This document shows positions 40,094 through 50,481 of a stretch of 64,000 bases of DNA, one piece after another. This DNA is from a virus (Duplodnaviria > Heunggongvirae > Uroviricota > Caudoviricetes). The notes under the pieces were generated by a model, which saw only the letters and a list, made by a program, of their open reading frames with translations, was not told the DNA's origin and did not search any database. Position 1 is the first letter of the stretch. Every line of letters begins with the position of its first letter. The stretch lies in IMG/VR virus record IMGVR_UViG_3300031133_000383, positions 314,635 to 378,634 of that record. One strand, 5' to 3'. The translations under genes were made by a program, and so were the position numbers.

Positions 40094-40723
40094 ATGAATA
40101 CCAATACAGAAGAATCAATTTTTTTTAAAAAAATGTTTATGAATTTTGCAAGTAAACATAATATAACAGTTGAACGCTATTGCTCAGTCAAATTGTTAAG
40201 CTTTTATAATCATAATTTTGATCCTGTCATGCTTTATGATGTTGGTGTTGATGAAGTAGCTCCCCTTGTATTAAAACCTTTTCGAGGTTTCAAAATAAAG
40301 AAATTAGTTAATGAACTTACACAATATTTATCAAAATGTTCAAATAACTATCTAGATACTTTTTTGGACAAGGATTTTTTTACTTCATATATAATTTATA
40401 ATACTCAAAGTATTTTTTTGAATAAAGATTATACCAGTGTTCATGATATTGCTTATTATCAACTAGAACTTATCAATAATAAATGTTCAACTAATTTTTT
40501 AGTTAATTTGCATACAAAGCCAGTCAAGGCTACCTACTACGAAACGCCAGAAGATACTGTATTAGATAAATATTTGGTAATCGATGTCTATTATAAAGAT
40601 ATAGAATCTTTATTAAATCCTTTTCTTGATTATTATTCGACTGCCATATGTAAGATGCTTGAAATACCTTTAACTCCTATTAACAAAGAGTTGTTGACAG
40701 TATTGAAAATGAAAACAATTTAA
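40094..40723 (+). CDS. Hypothetical protein, C-terminal EM-motif family
   Basis: SD agga before ATG 40094; ends INKELLTVLKMKTI. Confidence 0.8.
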   Translation: MNTNTEESIFFKKMFMNFASKHNITVERYCSVKLLSFYNHNFDPVMLYDVGVDEVAPLVLKPFRGFKIKKLVNELTQYLSKCSNNYLDTFLDKDFFTSYIIYNTQSIFLNKDYTSVHDIAYYQLELINNKCSTNFLVNLHTKPVKATYYETPEDTVLDKYLVIDVYYKDIESLLNPFLDYYSTAICKMLEIPLTPINKELLTVLKMKTI

Positions 40724-40805
40724 TCACCATTATTAAACTTTTTCTTGACGAATGATTGATTTTTTGTTATAATCAGACAAATATAAATGAATGAGGACTA
40801 TATTT

Positions 40806-41885
40806 ATGTCAACCTTTAATGCTATCGTGCTTCCAGTCATTGTTGAGGCCCACCCAAACGCTGATGCAATTGAACTTGCTCGTGTGGGGGACTATTTTTC
40901 CATTATTCAAAAAGGATATCTAAAAACAGGTGATCTGGCTGTTTACATTCCAGAAGGTGCTCTTGTTCCTGAATTTATTCAAGAAGAAGTTGGCTGTTTG
41001 GGTAAATTAGCAGGCTCCAAGAAAAATCGTTTGAAACCTAGTATGCTGCGTGGAGTCCTCAGTCAAGGTCTTTGCTATAAGGCTCGTGATGGCTGGGTTG
41101 AAGGTCAGGACATGGCTCAGGAACTGGGTATTGAAAAATACGAACCTCCTATTCCTGTCCAACTCGCAGGTGAAATCTTGAATGTTGGTCATGAAAACGT
41201 TTTTACCTTTGATATTGAAAACGTAAAACGTTTTCCACATATTCTTCAAGAAGGTGAGTTGGTATCCATGACCGAAAAACTTCATGGTACTTTTACAGTA
41301 GTGGCCAGCTTGTATGGTAAAGAACCTAATTCAGATATGGTCAATGGCCGCTCTTTTGCGAGCAGTAAGGGAAATTTTAATAAAGGCTTGGCCATTCGTG
41401 ACAACGAGCGTAATGCTAAAAACACCTATGTTCGCGTGGCTAATGAGTTCGGTTTGTATACTGCATCTGCTGTACTATCAGATCGTTTTCAGGACAATGT
41501 TTATATTACTGGCGAAACTTTCGGCGATGTGCAAGATTTACGCTATGGCTTGGAAAATGGCAAAATCGATTTTCGTGTGTTCAATATTTTTGTAGGTAAC
41601 CGTGCAAAAGGTGTTATGCCACTCAATGATGCTGAACTTGAAGCAGCCTTGACTGAGTTTAACCTTAAGCGTGTTCCTGTTCTCTATAAGGGGCCTTACA
41701 GTAAAGAAGTGATGTTGCAACACACTGATGGCAAGGAAACCTATTCTGGACAAAACCTTCACATGCGAGAAGGTTTGATTGTCGAACCTCTTGTTCAGAG
41801 ACGTGTTCCAGAAATTGGACGGGTTGTCTTGAAAAGTGTTTCAGCTATTTACCTTGCTCGAAAAGGTGGGACAGAGTTCAACTAA
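40806..41885 (+). CDS. ATP-dependent RNA ligase, DRB0094 family
   Basis: N-terminal HPNADAIE...LRGVLSQGL module; motif I TEKLHGT; GETFG, FRVFNI, REGLIV, LKSVS. Confidence 0.9.
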   Translation: MSTFNAIVLPVIVEAHPNADAIELARVGDYFSIIQKGYLKTGDLAVYIPEGALVPEFIQEEVGCLGKLAGSKKNRLKPSMLRGVLSQGLCYKARDGWVEGQDMAQELGIEKYEPPIPVQLAGEILNVGHENVFTFDIENVKRFPHILQEGELVSMTEKLHGTFTVVASLYGKEPNSDMVNGRSFASSKGNFNKGLAIRDNERNAKNTYVRVANEFGLYTASAVLSDRFQDNVYITGETFGDVQDLRYGLENGKIDFRVFNIFVGNRAKGVMPLNDAELEAALTEFNLKRVPVLYKGPYSKEVMLQHTDGKETYSGQNLHMREGLIVEPLVQRRVPEIGRVVLKSVSAIYLARKGGTEFN

Positions 41886-41887
41886 TT

Positions 41888-41910
41888 GGGACCTTCGGGT
41901 TCCTTTTTTT
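41888..41910 (+). terminator. Intrinsic terminator
   Basis: gggacc-ttcg-ggttcc plus T tract. Confidence 0.8.
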
Positions 41911-41953
41911 ATGTCATCGTGCTATAATTATCCAAATTATCAGGATTAGAAAG

Positions 41954-42556
41954 ATGTCAAAAATTTTTGAAAATATCATCAACTCCAGTTTTCGTCTTGA
42001 CTTGAATGGTGTTGACACTTTTGAAATTACACCTACTGTTCCCAATAGCACCTTTAATAATTTTGTTATTTTTATTGCTCATGACCAAGATATTCATATC
42101 ATGCCCAGTATTAACATTGAAGCAGGTTCGCTTAGAAATGAACATGGCGAAATAAATGATGTTTTTATGGATATGTTTTTTTCTTATGAACAATATCCTG
42201 TCTTTACTGGCTTTCTACATATTCTTGCACATGCCATTGAATCTGATAATGCTAGTCGTCAAACCTCTGTTCTAGAGCCTGATGGTGCTCCTGTAACTGC
42301 TCTGATACGTCAAATCATTGCGAATCGTGAGTATCCTTGTGTGGAACAAGGCAAGTCGTATTCACGTCTGCAAGATGACAATGGCGGTGAAACCAGTTCT
42401 ACACTGGATGTTGCTTTTGTCTCGGACGGTGTGTATGTTAAGGTGAGATCCTTGGACAGCCTTCGTTTTAGGACTTATTATGGTGGTGGTAAAAGTCATC
42501 GTGTTCGTAATGTTTTGTTAATATTATGCTATCTTATCAAAAATCAACAACTCTGA
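41954..42556 (+). CDS. Hypothetical protein
   Basis: SD agga; C-terminal RLQDD...SLRFRTYYGGGKSHRVRNVL. Confidence 0.75.
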   Translation: MSKIFENIINSSFRLDLNGVDTFEITPTVPNSTFNNFVIFIAHDQDIHIMPSINIEAGSLRNEHGEINDVFMDMFFSYEQYPVFTGFLHILAHAIESDNASRQTSVLEPDGAPVTALIRQIIANREYPCVEQGKSYSRLQDDNGGETSSTLDVAFVSDGVYVKVRSLDSLRFRTYYGGGKSHRVRNVLLILCYLIKNQQL

Positions 42557-42643
42557 TATTTCTTTAACTCTCTTGATAAAAACATGGTATCTTGTCATCT
42601 TTTGATCGTGTTCATTTATACAACTACGTACTAGCGTAGTTGT

Positions 42644-42799
42644 TTATTTTATTTTTAATTGTTCAATTTTTTTCGAGTCTAATTGCATACCATATTCTGA
42701 TGTTTTAATCTTTTTTGCTTCTTTATCTGCAGCTATTGCACCTGTGCCAAATACTCCCATAAATACAGATAGTACCAAACCTGTCATTTCTTTTTTCAT
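42644..42799 (-). CDS. 51-aa secreted peptide
   Basis: SD aggagg; MKKEMTGLVLSVFMGVFGTGAIA-ADKEAKK...QLKIK; hairpin acaactacg/cgtagttgt downstream. Confidence 0.65.
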   Translation of the reverse strand: MKKEMTGLVLSVFMGVFGTGAIAADKEAKKIKTSEYGMQLDSKKIEQLKIK

Positions 42800-42934
42800 T
42801 CTACCCTCCTATATAGTTAGCTTGCTATCTATATTATAGATCTAATATCCTAAAGGTCAACAGTTTGTTTCGATAATATAGATCAACCTGTTTTATTTGT
42901 TTAAAAATAGTCAGTTATTATATAATTTGAATAT

Positions 42935-43236
42935 AAAAAAAGCCCTGCTTTTCTGAGCAGAGCTTGTGAATAAGGCGAGGTGGAGATGAATTTCCGATTA
43001 AAAACCTCGTAGGTCCCCATAATAAAAAAATCCTTGGCGATTTTTTCATTACTTGGTCATTATAAACCACGTTGTTGAGTTGACCATTCTTCAACGCAGG
43101 GCATCTTTCTATAATACTAGCTAGTTTGCAGAATTAGCCACTCCTTTAAAAACAACTAGACTAGGAATTTTTTTATATAACCAAGAGAGTATCCATGTAA
43201 AAAAATTTCTTAAAAAAATGTAATATCTCTACCAAG
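42935..43236 (-). ncRNA. Candidate ~300-nt small RNA
   Basis: TTGACA-17-TATTAT promoter at 43271-43243; several hairpins; terminator ctctgct/agcaggg plus U tract; no SD-led ORF. Confidence 0.45.
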
Positions 43237-43347
43237 ACAGTAATAATAACTTTATATGTTCATTTTGTCAACTGTCTTGATGCCCATATTGATCTTTCTA
43301 TTTGGTTTGTCATATGGTATAATGGCGTATATTTCAGGGGTGATATT

Positions 43348-43938
43348 ATGGCTGCTTTTATATTTACAGAACACCATGAAAACCATTCATTAGGCCGTTT
43401 GATACATTGTCATGGATTGTATGAGCACACTCATACAGTGAGTCGTTTTAAATCGATTTCCACTGACCTTATTGCTGGCAATACTATTTCTATTATGGGC
43501 GACCCATCTTGTTTAAAGATATCTCATTTTTCAACTGTTGTTTGCAAAGTCGATGATAGGCCAATAGGTTTGCTTATTTTTGAAAATTATTCAGTTGATT
43601 CTTCAGTTAAAACCTCTTTTATAGTGAATAAAAAGAAACGTTGTCATACCATGTTGGGTTTTATAGGCACTTACGTTGTTCCTGAATTTAGGAATCAAGG
43701 GATTGCCAGACAAATGATGGATGTTTTTAATCACCATATTGAATCAAAGTTTAAAACAAATGAACGCCATGTCTATATGCTCTGTGCCATGGGTAAGTCT
43801 TTTGATATAGCTGAAAGTGCTTGTGAACGTTTTCTAACTGTATCCAGTCCCTATAATTTAAATTTTTGGAAACAAAAAGCTCGTAATTTTTTTATCTACA
43901 ATGCTATTTCTCTGGCAGAAAATGCACTTATGACCTGA
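43348..43938 (+). CDS. GNAT-family acetyltransferase
   Basis: Motif A YVVPEFRNQGIARQMM. Confidence 0.8.
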   Translation: MAAFIFTEHHENHSLGRLIHCHGLYEHTHTVSRFKSISTDLIAGNTISIMGDPSCLKISHFSTVVCKVDDRPIGLLIFENYSVDSSVKTSFIVNKKKRCHTMLGFIGTYVVPEFRNQGIARQMMDVFNHHIESKFKTNERHVYMLCAMGKSFDIAESACERFLTVSSPYNLNFWKQKARNFFIYNAISLAENALMT

Positions 43939-43991
43939 TAATATTATAATTTAATGCTGTAATTAATCTATTAAATAATGAGGATTTACTT

Positions 43992-44258
43992 ATGTGGCAG
44001 ACAGTATTTCGTAAACTAAACTATATTTTTATTTGGACTTGGTATAACGATTGGTTTCGTTTATTTGTTATTATGACACCCACTTACATGGTATTTTTGA
44101 TTCCTTTTTGTTTATGGATTGGCGTGCCTAATGAATACATGAAGAATGTATTATTTTCTGTCTATCTTATTGGTCTTGGATTGGCTTTTGTTTATAATGA
44201 TTATTCTAATCTGCGTAAAATTGGCATGGATGAAAATAGAAATACATTGAAAACATAA
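43992..44258 (+). CDS. Small membrane protein
   Basis: SD gagga; two TMs. Confidence 0.7.
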   Translation: MWQTVFRKLNYIFIWTWYNDWFRLFVIMTPTYMVFLIPFCLWIGVPNEYMKNVLFSVYLIGLGLAFVYNDYSNLRKIGMDENRNTLKT

Positions 44259-44278
44259 TTATAGTTTGAATTTGTTAT

Positions 44279-44305
44279 AAAAAAAGCTCCCGAAGGAGCT
44301 TTTTT
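44279..44305. terminator. Bidirectional intrinsic terminator
   Basis: aaaaagctcc-cgaa-ggagcttttt between convergent genes. Confidence 0.85.
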
Positions 44306-44603
44306 ATTCTTTGAAGTTGTGTATTTCAGCAATCAGTTTACAGTCATTTTCCATTGCTTCCATCTGCTCTCGAATAGTATCAATCTTGGCGAGATCTTTA
44401 TCTCGTACTTTTCCAATCCACATATCAAAACTGTTGCGATATGATTTTTTAAGTGTGTCGTAACCACTCACTAATTCAGCAAGTTTATATTCATTTTTAT
44501 AGAGATAAAGCCTACCTGATGCTAGTTGCACGATATATCCATCTTTTTCATAAACCTGCTCTCCATAAAGAGTACATTTGTTTGGAGCGGCTGTATATCC
44601 CAT
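44304..44603 (-). CDS. Hypothetical protein
   Basis: SD gagga. Confidence 0.7.
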   Translation of the reverse strand: MGYTAAPNKCTLYGEQVYEKDGYIVQLASGRLYLYKNEYKLAELVSGYDTLKKSYRNSFDMWIGKVRDKDLAKIDTIREQMEAMENDCKLIAEIHNFKE

Positions 44604-44664
44604 AATTCTATCCTCTTTTGTTAAACTATTTTATCAAAAAACCGTTTAGATATCAATCGTTATT

Positions 44665-45654
44665 TTAAATTTTGTATCCATATAACTTTTTTCTCTCATT
44701 CCTTTGTACATCTTTAACCATTACGTTAAATAATTTTGCTGTATAATATGCATCATTTCCTGCATTGTGTAAGTTTTTTGCAATTATCATATGGTTTTCC
44801 AACAATGTCTTAAGTTTAAGCGAATCATGTTCACCTTCTTTTTTTAAATGATGACGATGTACAATTTGTGTATCAAATACCTTATGTTGACTGTAATCAA
44901 TCTTATTTCTTTCAAGAAAAGCCAATTCTGTTGAATGTTCATGCACAATTATAGCCGCTGTCTTTAATAGTGCAATTTCTATACAATTTTTAAGTTCATC
45001 ACTGGTAACTGTTTGTGAAATTCCAAAGTTGAAAGACTGCTGTAGTTTTGTTTTATTTTCGGATATTTTATCTATATGTTCTTGTACAATATAATGGTAT
45101 GATTCCATTTTTCCGTCTTTGAAAAAAGTCAATCCAGCTTCTCTTATATGCTTAATATTGAATTTATCTATCACGCCTGAATAATATTCAAAATCAATTG
45201 CTACTGCATAAGTGTTACTTAAATCAAAATTTTTAACTTCTCCATAGGTTTTAGTACGTTCCAACATTTCTACTTTATCCAATTCTTTCTGAGCCTTATA
45301 GGCTTTAAAAGCAGGCGTTTCTCTAGCAGTAAGTAAAGCCAATTTTAAATCTTCTATTGTATTGACAGGATATGCAACTATATCCGCTTCGCCAGTACGT
45401 GCTGCTTTCAAAAAATCATCTGTGATTTTAAAGTTCTTGTTTTTCATATACCAACATAGTTTTATCTTATCCAACTGATCATCAGAAAAAACCTTAGATA
45501 GTTTTTTATTACTTTGTATATAGATTTCTTTGAATTCAAAATGATTAAATAAATATTCCAAACCTGATATATGTGATAGTAACTTTCTGTTTTCTCTTTC
45601 TTCCAGTTGTTGCATCAACTTATTTTTTATTATATTAATATCATAATAATTCAT
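44665..45654 (-). CDS. DEDDh-type 3'-5' exonuclease domain protein
   Basis: ExoI VAIDFEY, FDTQ, ExoIII LHNAGNDAYYT; ends KKLYGYKI. Confidence 0.82.
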   Translation of the reverse strand: MNYYDINIIKNKLMQQLEERENRKLLSHISGLEYLFNHFEFKEIYIQSNKKLSKVFSDDQLDKIKLCWYMKNKNFKITDDFLKAARTGEADIVAYPVNTIEDLKLALLTARETPAFKAYKAQKELDKVEMLERTKTYGEVKNFDLSNTYAVAIDFEYYSGVIDKFNIKHIREAGLTFFKDGKMESYHYIVQEHIDKISENKTKLQQSFNFGISQTVTSDELKNCIEIALLKTAAIIVHEHSTELAFLERNKIDYSQHKVFDTQIVHRHHLKKEGEHDSLKLKTLLENHMIIAKNLHNAGNDAYYTAKLFNVMVKDVQRNERKKLYGYKI

Positions 45655-45824
45655 ATTTTATATCCATGATACTTTCTTAAATTATATCATATTATTTTTA
45701 TATTCAAAGAAATGAACAGTTTATTTATGGCTTCCTTTTTTCTAGGTGGTGCTCCATATAATTGTTGCTTTCTGAATCTGGATTTGATATGATAGCCTTA
45801 CATTAATCAAACAGAGAAATAATC

Positions 45825-46199
45825 ATGAAAATTGAACATGAAGTGATCAGTGCCGTTGTCAGTCATTTTCTTAAAAATCAACCTATTTCCGTCTTGTCTA
45901 ATATGCTTTTTCATAAAGCTAAACAAATCAAGGATCGGCATGAAATTGTCAAGCATAGTGCCACCATGATTGTAAAGGATGACGAATGCAACATTCGAAT
46001 TCATCGAAATGATGTGTGTCCTCGTGTTTTGCAAGATGTTGAAAAAGCAGAAAATTTGACAACCCAACTGGAAATCACCATTGAAGGTGAGATCGTTAAC
46101 GTTATGATTGATTATGAACCCAACACGATGTGGTTTAATATCAAGTCGAAAAAATTTGATGAAGTCTTTGAAAAAGCCAAAGAAATGGCTAAGGAGTGA
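45825..46199 (+). CDS. Hypothetical protein
   Basis: 124-aa ORF after a promoter. Confidence 0.7.
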   Translation: MKIEHEVISAVVSHFLKNQPISVLSNMLFHKAKQIKDRHEIVKHSATMIVKDDECNIRIHRNDVCPRVLQDVEKAENLTTQLEITIEGEIVNVMIDYEPNTMWFNIKSKKFDEVFEKAKEMAKE

Positions 46200-46202
46200 C
46201 CT

Positions 46203-46625
46203 ATGGAATTTCGTAAGTTTGTTGAAAAAGCTTTAGGAGAAGTTAGTTTAGATAGTAATCTTCAGAGTTTATACGGCTATATTTCAGCACAAGATATTGA
46301 TGCTATGAGTGATGCCGAACTCGAAAATGTATTTTTTGAAAAAAATTGGGTATCTGGTGGTATAAATGGGAACAGTTGTTATGGTCGAAGTCCTAGATCT
46401 GTTGAACCGTCATCACCTGAAGATATTACGCCTGATTTGGCCAAAGTTTTAATAGCAGTTGAAAAAAGTGATATCAACTTTTTGACTTATATGTCAAAAA
46501 TACAACCATTGATTAAATCTATTGATTTTTCTATGGGTGAGGATTATTACGGCAATTACTACAATTACTCTCGTTTGTATGTAAACTTGAAAGAATTGTA
46601 TGATGCTCTCTATTCTGCTGCCTAA
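46203..46625 (+). CDS. Hypothetical protein (phage-type)
   Basis: SD aaggag; WVSGGINGNSCY...EDYYGNY. Confidence 0.75.
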   Translation: MEFRKFVEKALGEVSLDSNLQSLYGYISAQDIDAMSDAELENVFFEKNWVSGGINGNSCYGRSPRSVEPSSPEDITPDLAKVLIAVEKSDINFLTYMSKIQPLIKSIDFSMGEDYYGNYYNYSRLYVNLKELYDALYSAA

Positions 46626-46832
46626 TTATTATATTCTTTTATGATGTTGCTATGCAATTTAAAGAGTTTGTTAAAGAAGTAACAATTGTTATGATTATAT
46701 GAATAAACGTATCGAGGCAGCAGCCCCGAACGATTTAACACAATTAGCAATACAATAAACCTCACTTGTGTGAGGTTTTTTTATTGCAGAAATAGAAAAA
46801 ATAAGCTATATTGATAATCTCAGGAGAAAAAA

Positions 46833-47066
46833 ATGAACAAAGGCTATTCGACCGAAATGATCTCAACCAATTTTTCAATTGGCTGGTTATATGTGGGCAA
46901 TATCCGAAGGTATCTCAATGACATTATTGAAAATCAGGGATGGCCTGTAAAGTATGAAGAAAAAGTACGATTTTTATCAAATGAATTTACACTGTATGGT
47001 AATCAACGTGACCTTGTTTATATTCAAAGCAAAATTCAACATTACTTAAATAATCTTGAATTCTAA
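46833..47066 (+). CDS. Hypothetical protein
   Basis: SD aggag. Confidence 0.65.
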   Translation: MNKGYSTEMISTNFSIGWLYVGNIRRYLNDIIENQGWPVKYEEKVRFLSNEFTLYGNQRDLVYIQSKIQHYLNNLEF

Positions 47067-47525
47067 CAATGGCTGAGTGGCTTTCAAATATAATGGATGC
47101 TTGGGCATACCTTGTTTAGTTGTTCCCAAACACCACATTTCGACATTCAACTTAGTCAACAAGTCATAGACTTCTTGCACTCTTTCTATTTTCGCATTGC
47201 CTCCCCATGCACAAATAATCTTTTTATGTTTTAAAAAAAGATTCATGAGATATTGATTATTGTCTACACCGACCGGATCAGATGCTACCCATAGATCCTT
47301 TGGACTTGGACTTCTGAATGCATACAAATTAACAACCTTTAGCGAATCATGACCAAAATCTTTCGCAAATTGAATGCACCGCCTGATTGTAGGATCATCC
47401 AGTAAAGCATCTGCAGTACTGGGGTTTAACATACAAAAAATGGCTGGATTATTAGCATTCTCTACAAAGTCTCTACCCAGTTCATAACGATATTGTTGAC
47501 AATCACTTATAATCGCTGTTTTCAT
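47046..47525 (-). CDS. DUF1643 family protein
   Basis: YRYELGR...MLNPSTAD...DDPTIRRC...VNLYAFRS...CAWG...PKHPLY. Confidence 0.88.
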   Translation of the reverse strand: MKTAIISDCQQYRYELGRDFVENANNPAIFCMLNPSTADALLDDPTIRRCIQFAKDFGHDSLKVVNLYAFRSPSPKDLWVASDPVGVDNNQYLMNLFLKHKKIICAWGGNAKIERVQEVYDLLTKLNVEMWCLGTTKQGMPKHPLYLKATQPLLEFKII

Positions 47526-47691
47526 CTAGTTTTCTCCAGTTTGACTCTACTATACAACATCACAATTAAAAGTCAAAAATGCATATGAAGGCTTTATTTT
47601 GTAAATGATATTTTTATATTGATAACAAAAGTATTGTTTTTATAATTTTATTTTGATAGTATTGTTCTTTATATTTTAAGAGGAAAGCAGG

Positions 47692-48162
47692 ATGAGTTTT
47701 CTAAACGCTATAAAAGATGTAGAAGATGAGCTAAACATTGTTTTGCCACAAGACTATATTAATTTTCTTAAAAATGAATACGAAAATTCATTAGACAACG
47801 ATGATGAACATGATGATTTCGAATATAAATCTGATTTTTTGAGCATTGATGAGTTAAAAACAGGACAAAGTGTATTAAAACGATACAATCTTTTCAAAAA
47901 TATGACACCTGATCAATTCAGTTTGGAAGATTATAGAAAACAATTGATTATTTCTGATATTGATGGCTGTTGCATTGTTATTGATACCAGAGAGAATGGC
48001 AATGGTGTTTACTTATTGTTTCCAAATCAACAAGAAGTTAGAGTGGTTATTGTACAAAATGAACAAAATGAAAATGCCGTCAGTATACTGGCTTTAGGCG
48101 GTGAACTTAGAAGAAAATTTGCTAATTTTACTGAATTCTACAATTGGTACATTTTATGCTGA
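47692..48162 (+). CDS. SMI1/KNR4 (SUKH) domain protein
   Basis: IKDVEDELNIVLPQDYINFL...FANFTEF. Confidence 0.7.
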   Translation: MSFLNAIKDVEDELNIVLPQDYINFLKNEYENSLDNDDEHDDFEYKSDFLSIDELKTGQSVLKRYNLFKNMTPDQFSLEDYRKQLIISDIDGCCIVIDTRENGNGVYLLFPNQQEVRVVIVQNEQNENAVSILALGGELRRKFANFTEFYNWYILC

Positions 48163-48418
48163 TAGTCTCATAATATATATTCTATTTTTCCACCATCCAT
48201 ATCTTGAATCATCTATTGCCTGCCGTGCAGCATAAAGATTATATTGGTCCATATTACAAAAGTTGAAAAGTAACATTAATTAATCTTTATAGTTGTTAAT
48301 AAAAAATAAAAACAAAACCTTAAAGGATCGCTTTTAAGGTTTTTTTGTCTTAAAAAGGTTGCTTATTGAGTGTTTTTTTGCTACAATAGCCTCATTGAAA
48401 ACCAACGGAGATACACCA

Positions 48419-49564
48419 ATGTCGATTTTTCCAACCATCCATACCTTGAATGATATGTTGCCTGCTGTGCAGCATAAAGATTACATTGGTGTTAACAAGC
48501 AGTCCAACGGTGCTACCGTTATTTGCTACAACATCAGTAACAGTGAATCTTTTTTGACTGCTCATGAAAAAGAAGCTCGTGGCATCACTTTTGACCGTGA
48601 AGGCAACATTGTGGCTCGCCCATTGCACAAGTTTTTCAACTTGGCAGAACGTGCAGAAGTTCAACCTGCTGTCTTGGATTGGACCAAAATGCACGCTGGT
48701 TTCGACAAAATGGATGGCTCCATGATTACTACTGGTTTCATGGATGGTGAGTTTTTTGCTAAATCCAAAAAATCCTTTGAATCGGATGTGGCGGTTTCGG
48801 CTAAGCGTTTCGTTGAATTGAACCAGAAGTATTACGACTTCACCAAATACTGTGCATTGGCTCACTTGACTCCTATTTTTGAGTTCACTTCGCCAAACCA
48901 TCGTATTGTGTTGCGTTACAATCAAGACAACATGACGTTGTTGCATATCCGTGATAACTTCACTGGTGAATACTTCATGCATGATGAACTGGCAAAACTG
49001 GCGGCTCGCTTTGAAATTCCAGTTAACAAGCCACTGTTTGGTAACGGTTTTGACCTGACTGAGTTGCTGCATTCCCTGAATACTGCCGAAGGCATCGAAG
49101 GCTATGTTATCCAGTTTGAAAATGGTGAAATGGTTAAAGTAAAAACCAAGTGGTATATGAACTTGCACCATGCTGTTACCTTTGTTCGTGAACGTGATAT
49201 TGCTCGTTTGGTACTGGAAGAAAAGATTGACGACTACATTGCATTTGTTAGCTTGAATGCACCAGACGCCGATTTGAGCCATATCCATCGTATCAATGAC
49301 ACTATCAAGGGTGAAGTGGAAGCGATTGATAAAGAAGTTACCGAAATTGCGACTCAGTATGCAGGTTCGGATTTCAAAACGATTGCAATGGCCGTTAAAG
49401 GTCATCCACATTTCACCTTTATCATGAACATGGTGCGTGGCAAGTCAAACGACTATTTGAAGTATTACGAAGCAAATCGCTTGCGAGAAGTATGGTCCTT
49501 GGAACAGATTGATTTGGGCGATTTTGCAGGTGATTTGGAAGAAGCAGAGGAAGAAGCGGGTTAA
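48419..49564 (+). CDS. T4 Rnl1-like RNA ligase
   Basis: EARGITFD...RPLHKFFNLAE; motif I KMDGSMI; FEFTSPNHRIV; EGYVI; VKVKTKWY; SD ggag before ATG 48419. Confidence 0.92.
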   Translation: MSIFPTIHTLNDMLPAVQHKDYIGVNKQSNGATVICYNISNSESFLTAHEKEARGITFDREGNIVARPLHKFFNLAERAEVQPAVLDWTKMHAGFDKMDGSMITTGFMDGEFFAKSKKSFESDVAVSAKRFVELNQKYYDFTKYCALAHLTPIFEFTSPNHRIVLRYNQDNMTLLHIRDNFTGEYFMHDELAKLAARFEIPVNKPLFGNGFDLTELLHSLNTAEGIEGYVIQFENGEMVKVKTKWYMNLHHAVTFVRERDIARLVLEEKIDDYIAFVSLNAPDADLSHIHRINDTIKGEVEAIDKEVTEIATQYAGSDFKTIAMAVKGHPHFTFIMNMVRGKSNDYLKYYEANRLREVWSLEQIDLGDFAGDLEEAEEEAG

Positions 49565-49576
49565 TCCCGCTTTTTT
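49554..49576 (+). terminator. Intrinsic terminator
   Basis: aagcggg-ttaat-cccgctt plus T tract. Confidence 0.8.
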
Positions 49577-50481
49577 CATTTTTGGAGAAAACCAATGATT
49601 ACGCCTGTAACTGACAAAAAAGTTATCAAGTTGATTAAATCTGGACTTTCACTCACAGGTTCCAACAAAGCAACTAGAATTGATAACTGGGTTTATAATG
49701 CTCCATTATTCAGAAACCTTTCTTTTGATAAACATGGGCCAACACGTCATTTAGCACTATTGATCTTTTGAAAATTTTCGAAAAAACTCGTGATTTCAAT
49801 TTGATTATGCCTGCTATTTAAAGCTGGCTTAACTTTTCTAATTATGCTCTAATACTGTATCTTTTATTGAAAAGAAACCATCATGACTATTAACTACCTG
49901 TCCATTTTTAACAGTCAGACAACCACACTCAATTATACCTGTGCCAAAGACAAGACGACCTCCTTGCTCATGGTGTTCTGAGTCCTTTTGTAGAGCGTGA
50001 ATCCAAATTTATTGTTACTGATGGTGTTTTGTTCACACTCTTTGGGTCGTATCCAAAAGGCAATGTAGGCAAACAGATATCAGATAAGCAACTCTTGCTT
50101 CTGGAAGAAATTTATAGTACAACAACTACAAAGCATCTGGATAATTGCTTACTTGTCGAATACATCATTAAATAGGAGTTGTGTAATGTGGCCTTTCTTT
50201 ATTCTTATTATCATCTTGGTAAGTTCTCATATCATGTATGTTAGATACCTTTTTCAATTAATAAATAAATATCACGTCATTCCTAGACTAATACATATCA
50301 TAGTATACAGTGTTATTATAATTTCTGCTATTTTACTAATTGTTCTTGGTTATTCAATGCATTATTGAGAAAAATCCTGATAGTATTTTACGATTTATGA
50401 AAAGTTCAATAAATTTTTGATATTTTCATGAAAATATATTTATTTTTTTAAATATTATGATATAATTATGCCATCACAAAG

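Noticed and set aside
48392-49411. 339-aa antisense ORF
   Set aside because: Lies wholly opposite the Rnl1 ligase in codon register; a shadow of biased codon usage, with no recognisable motifs
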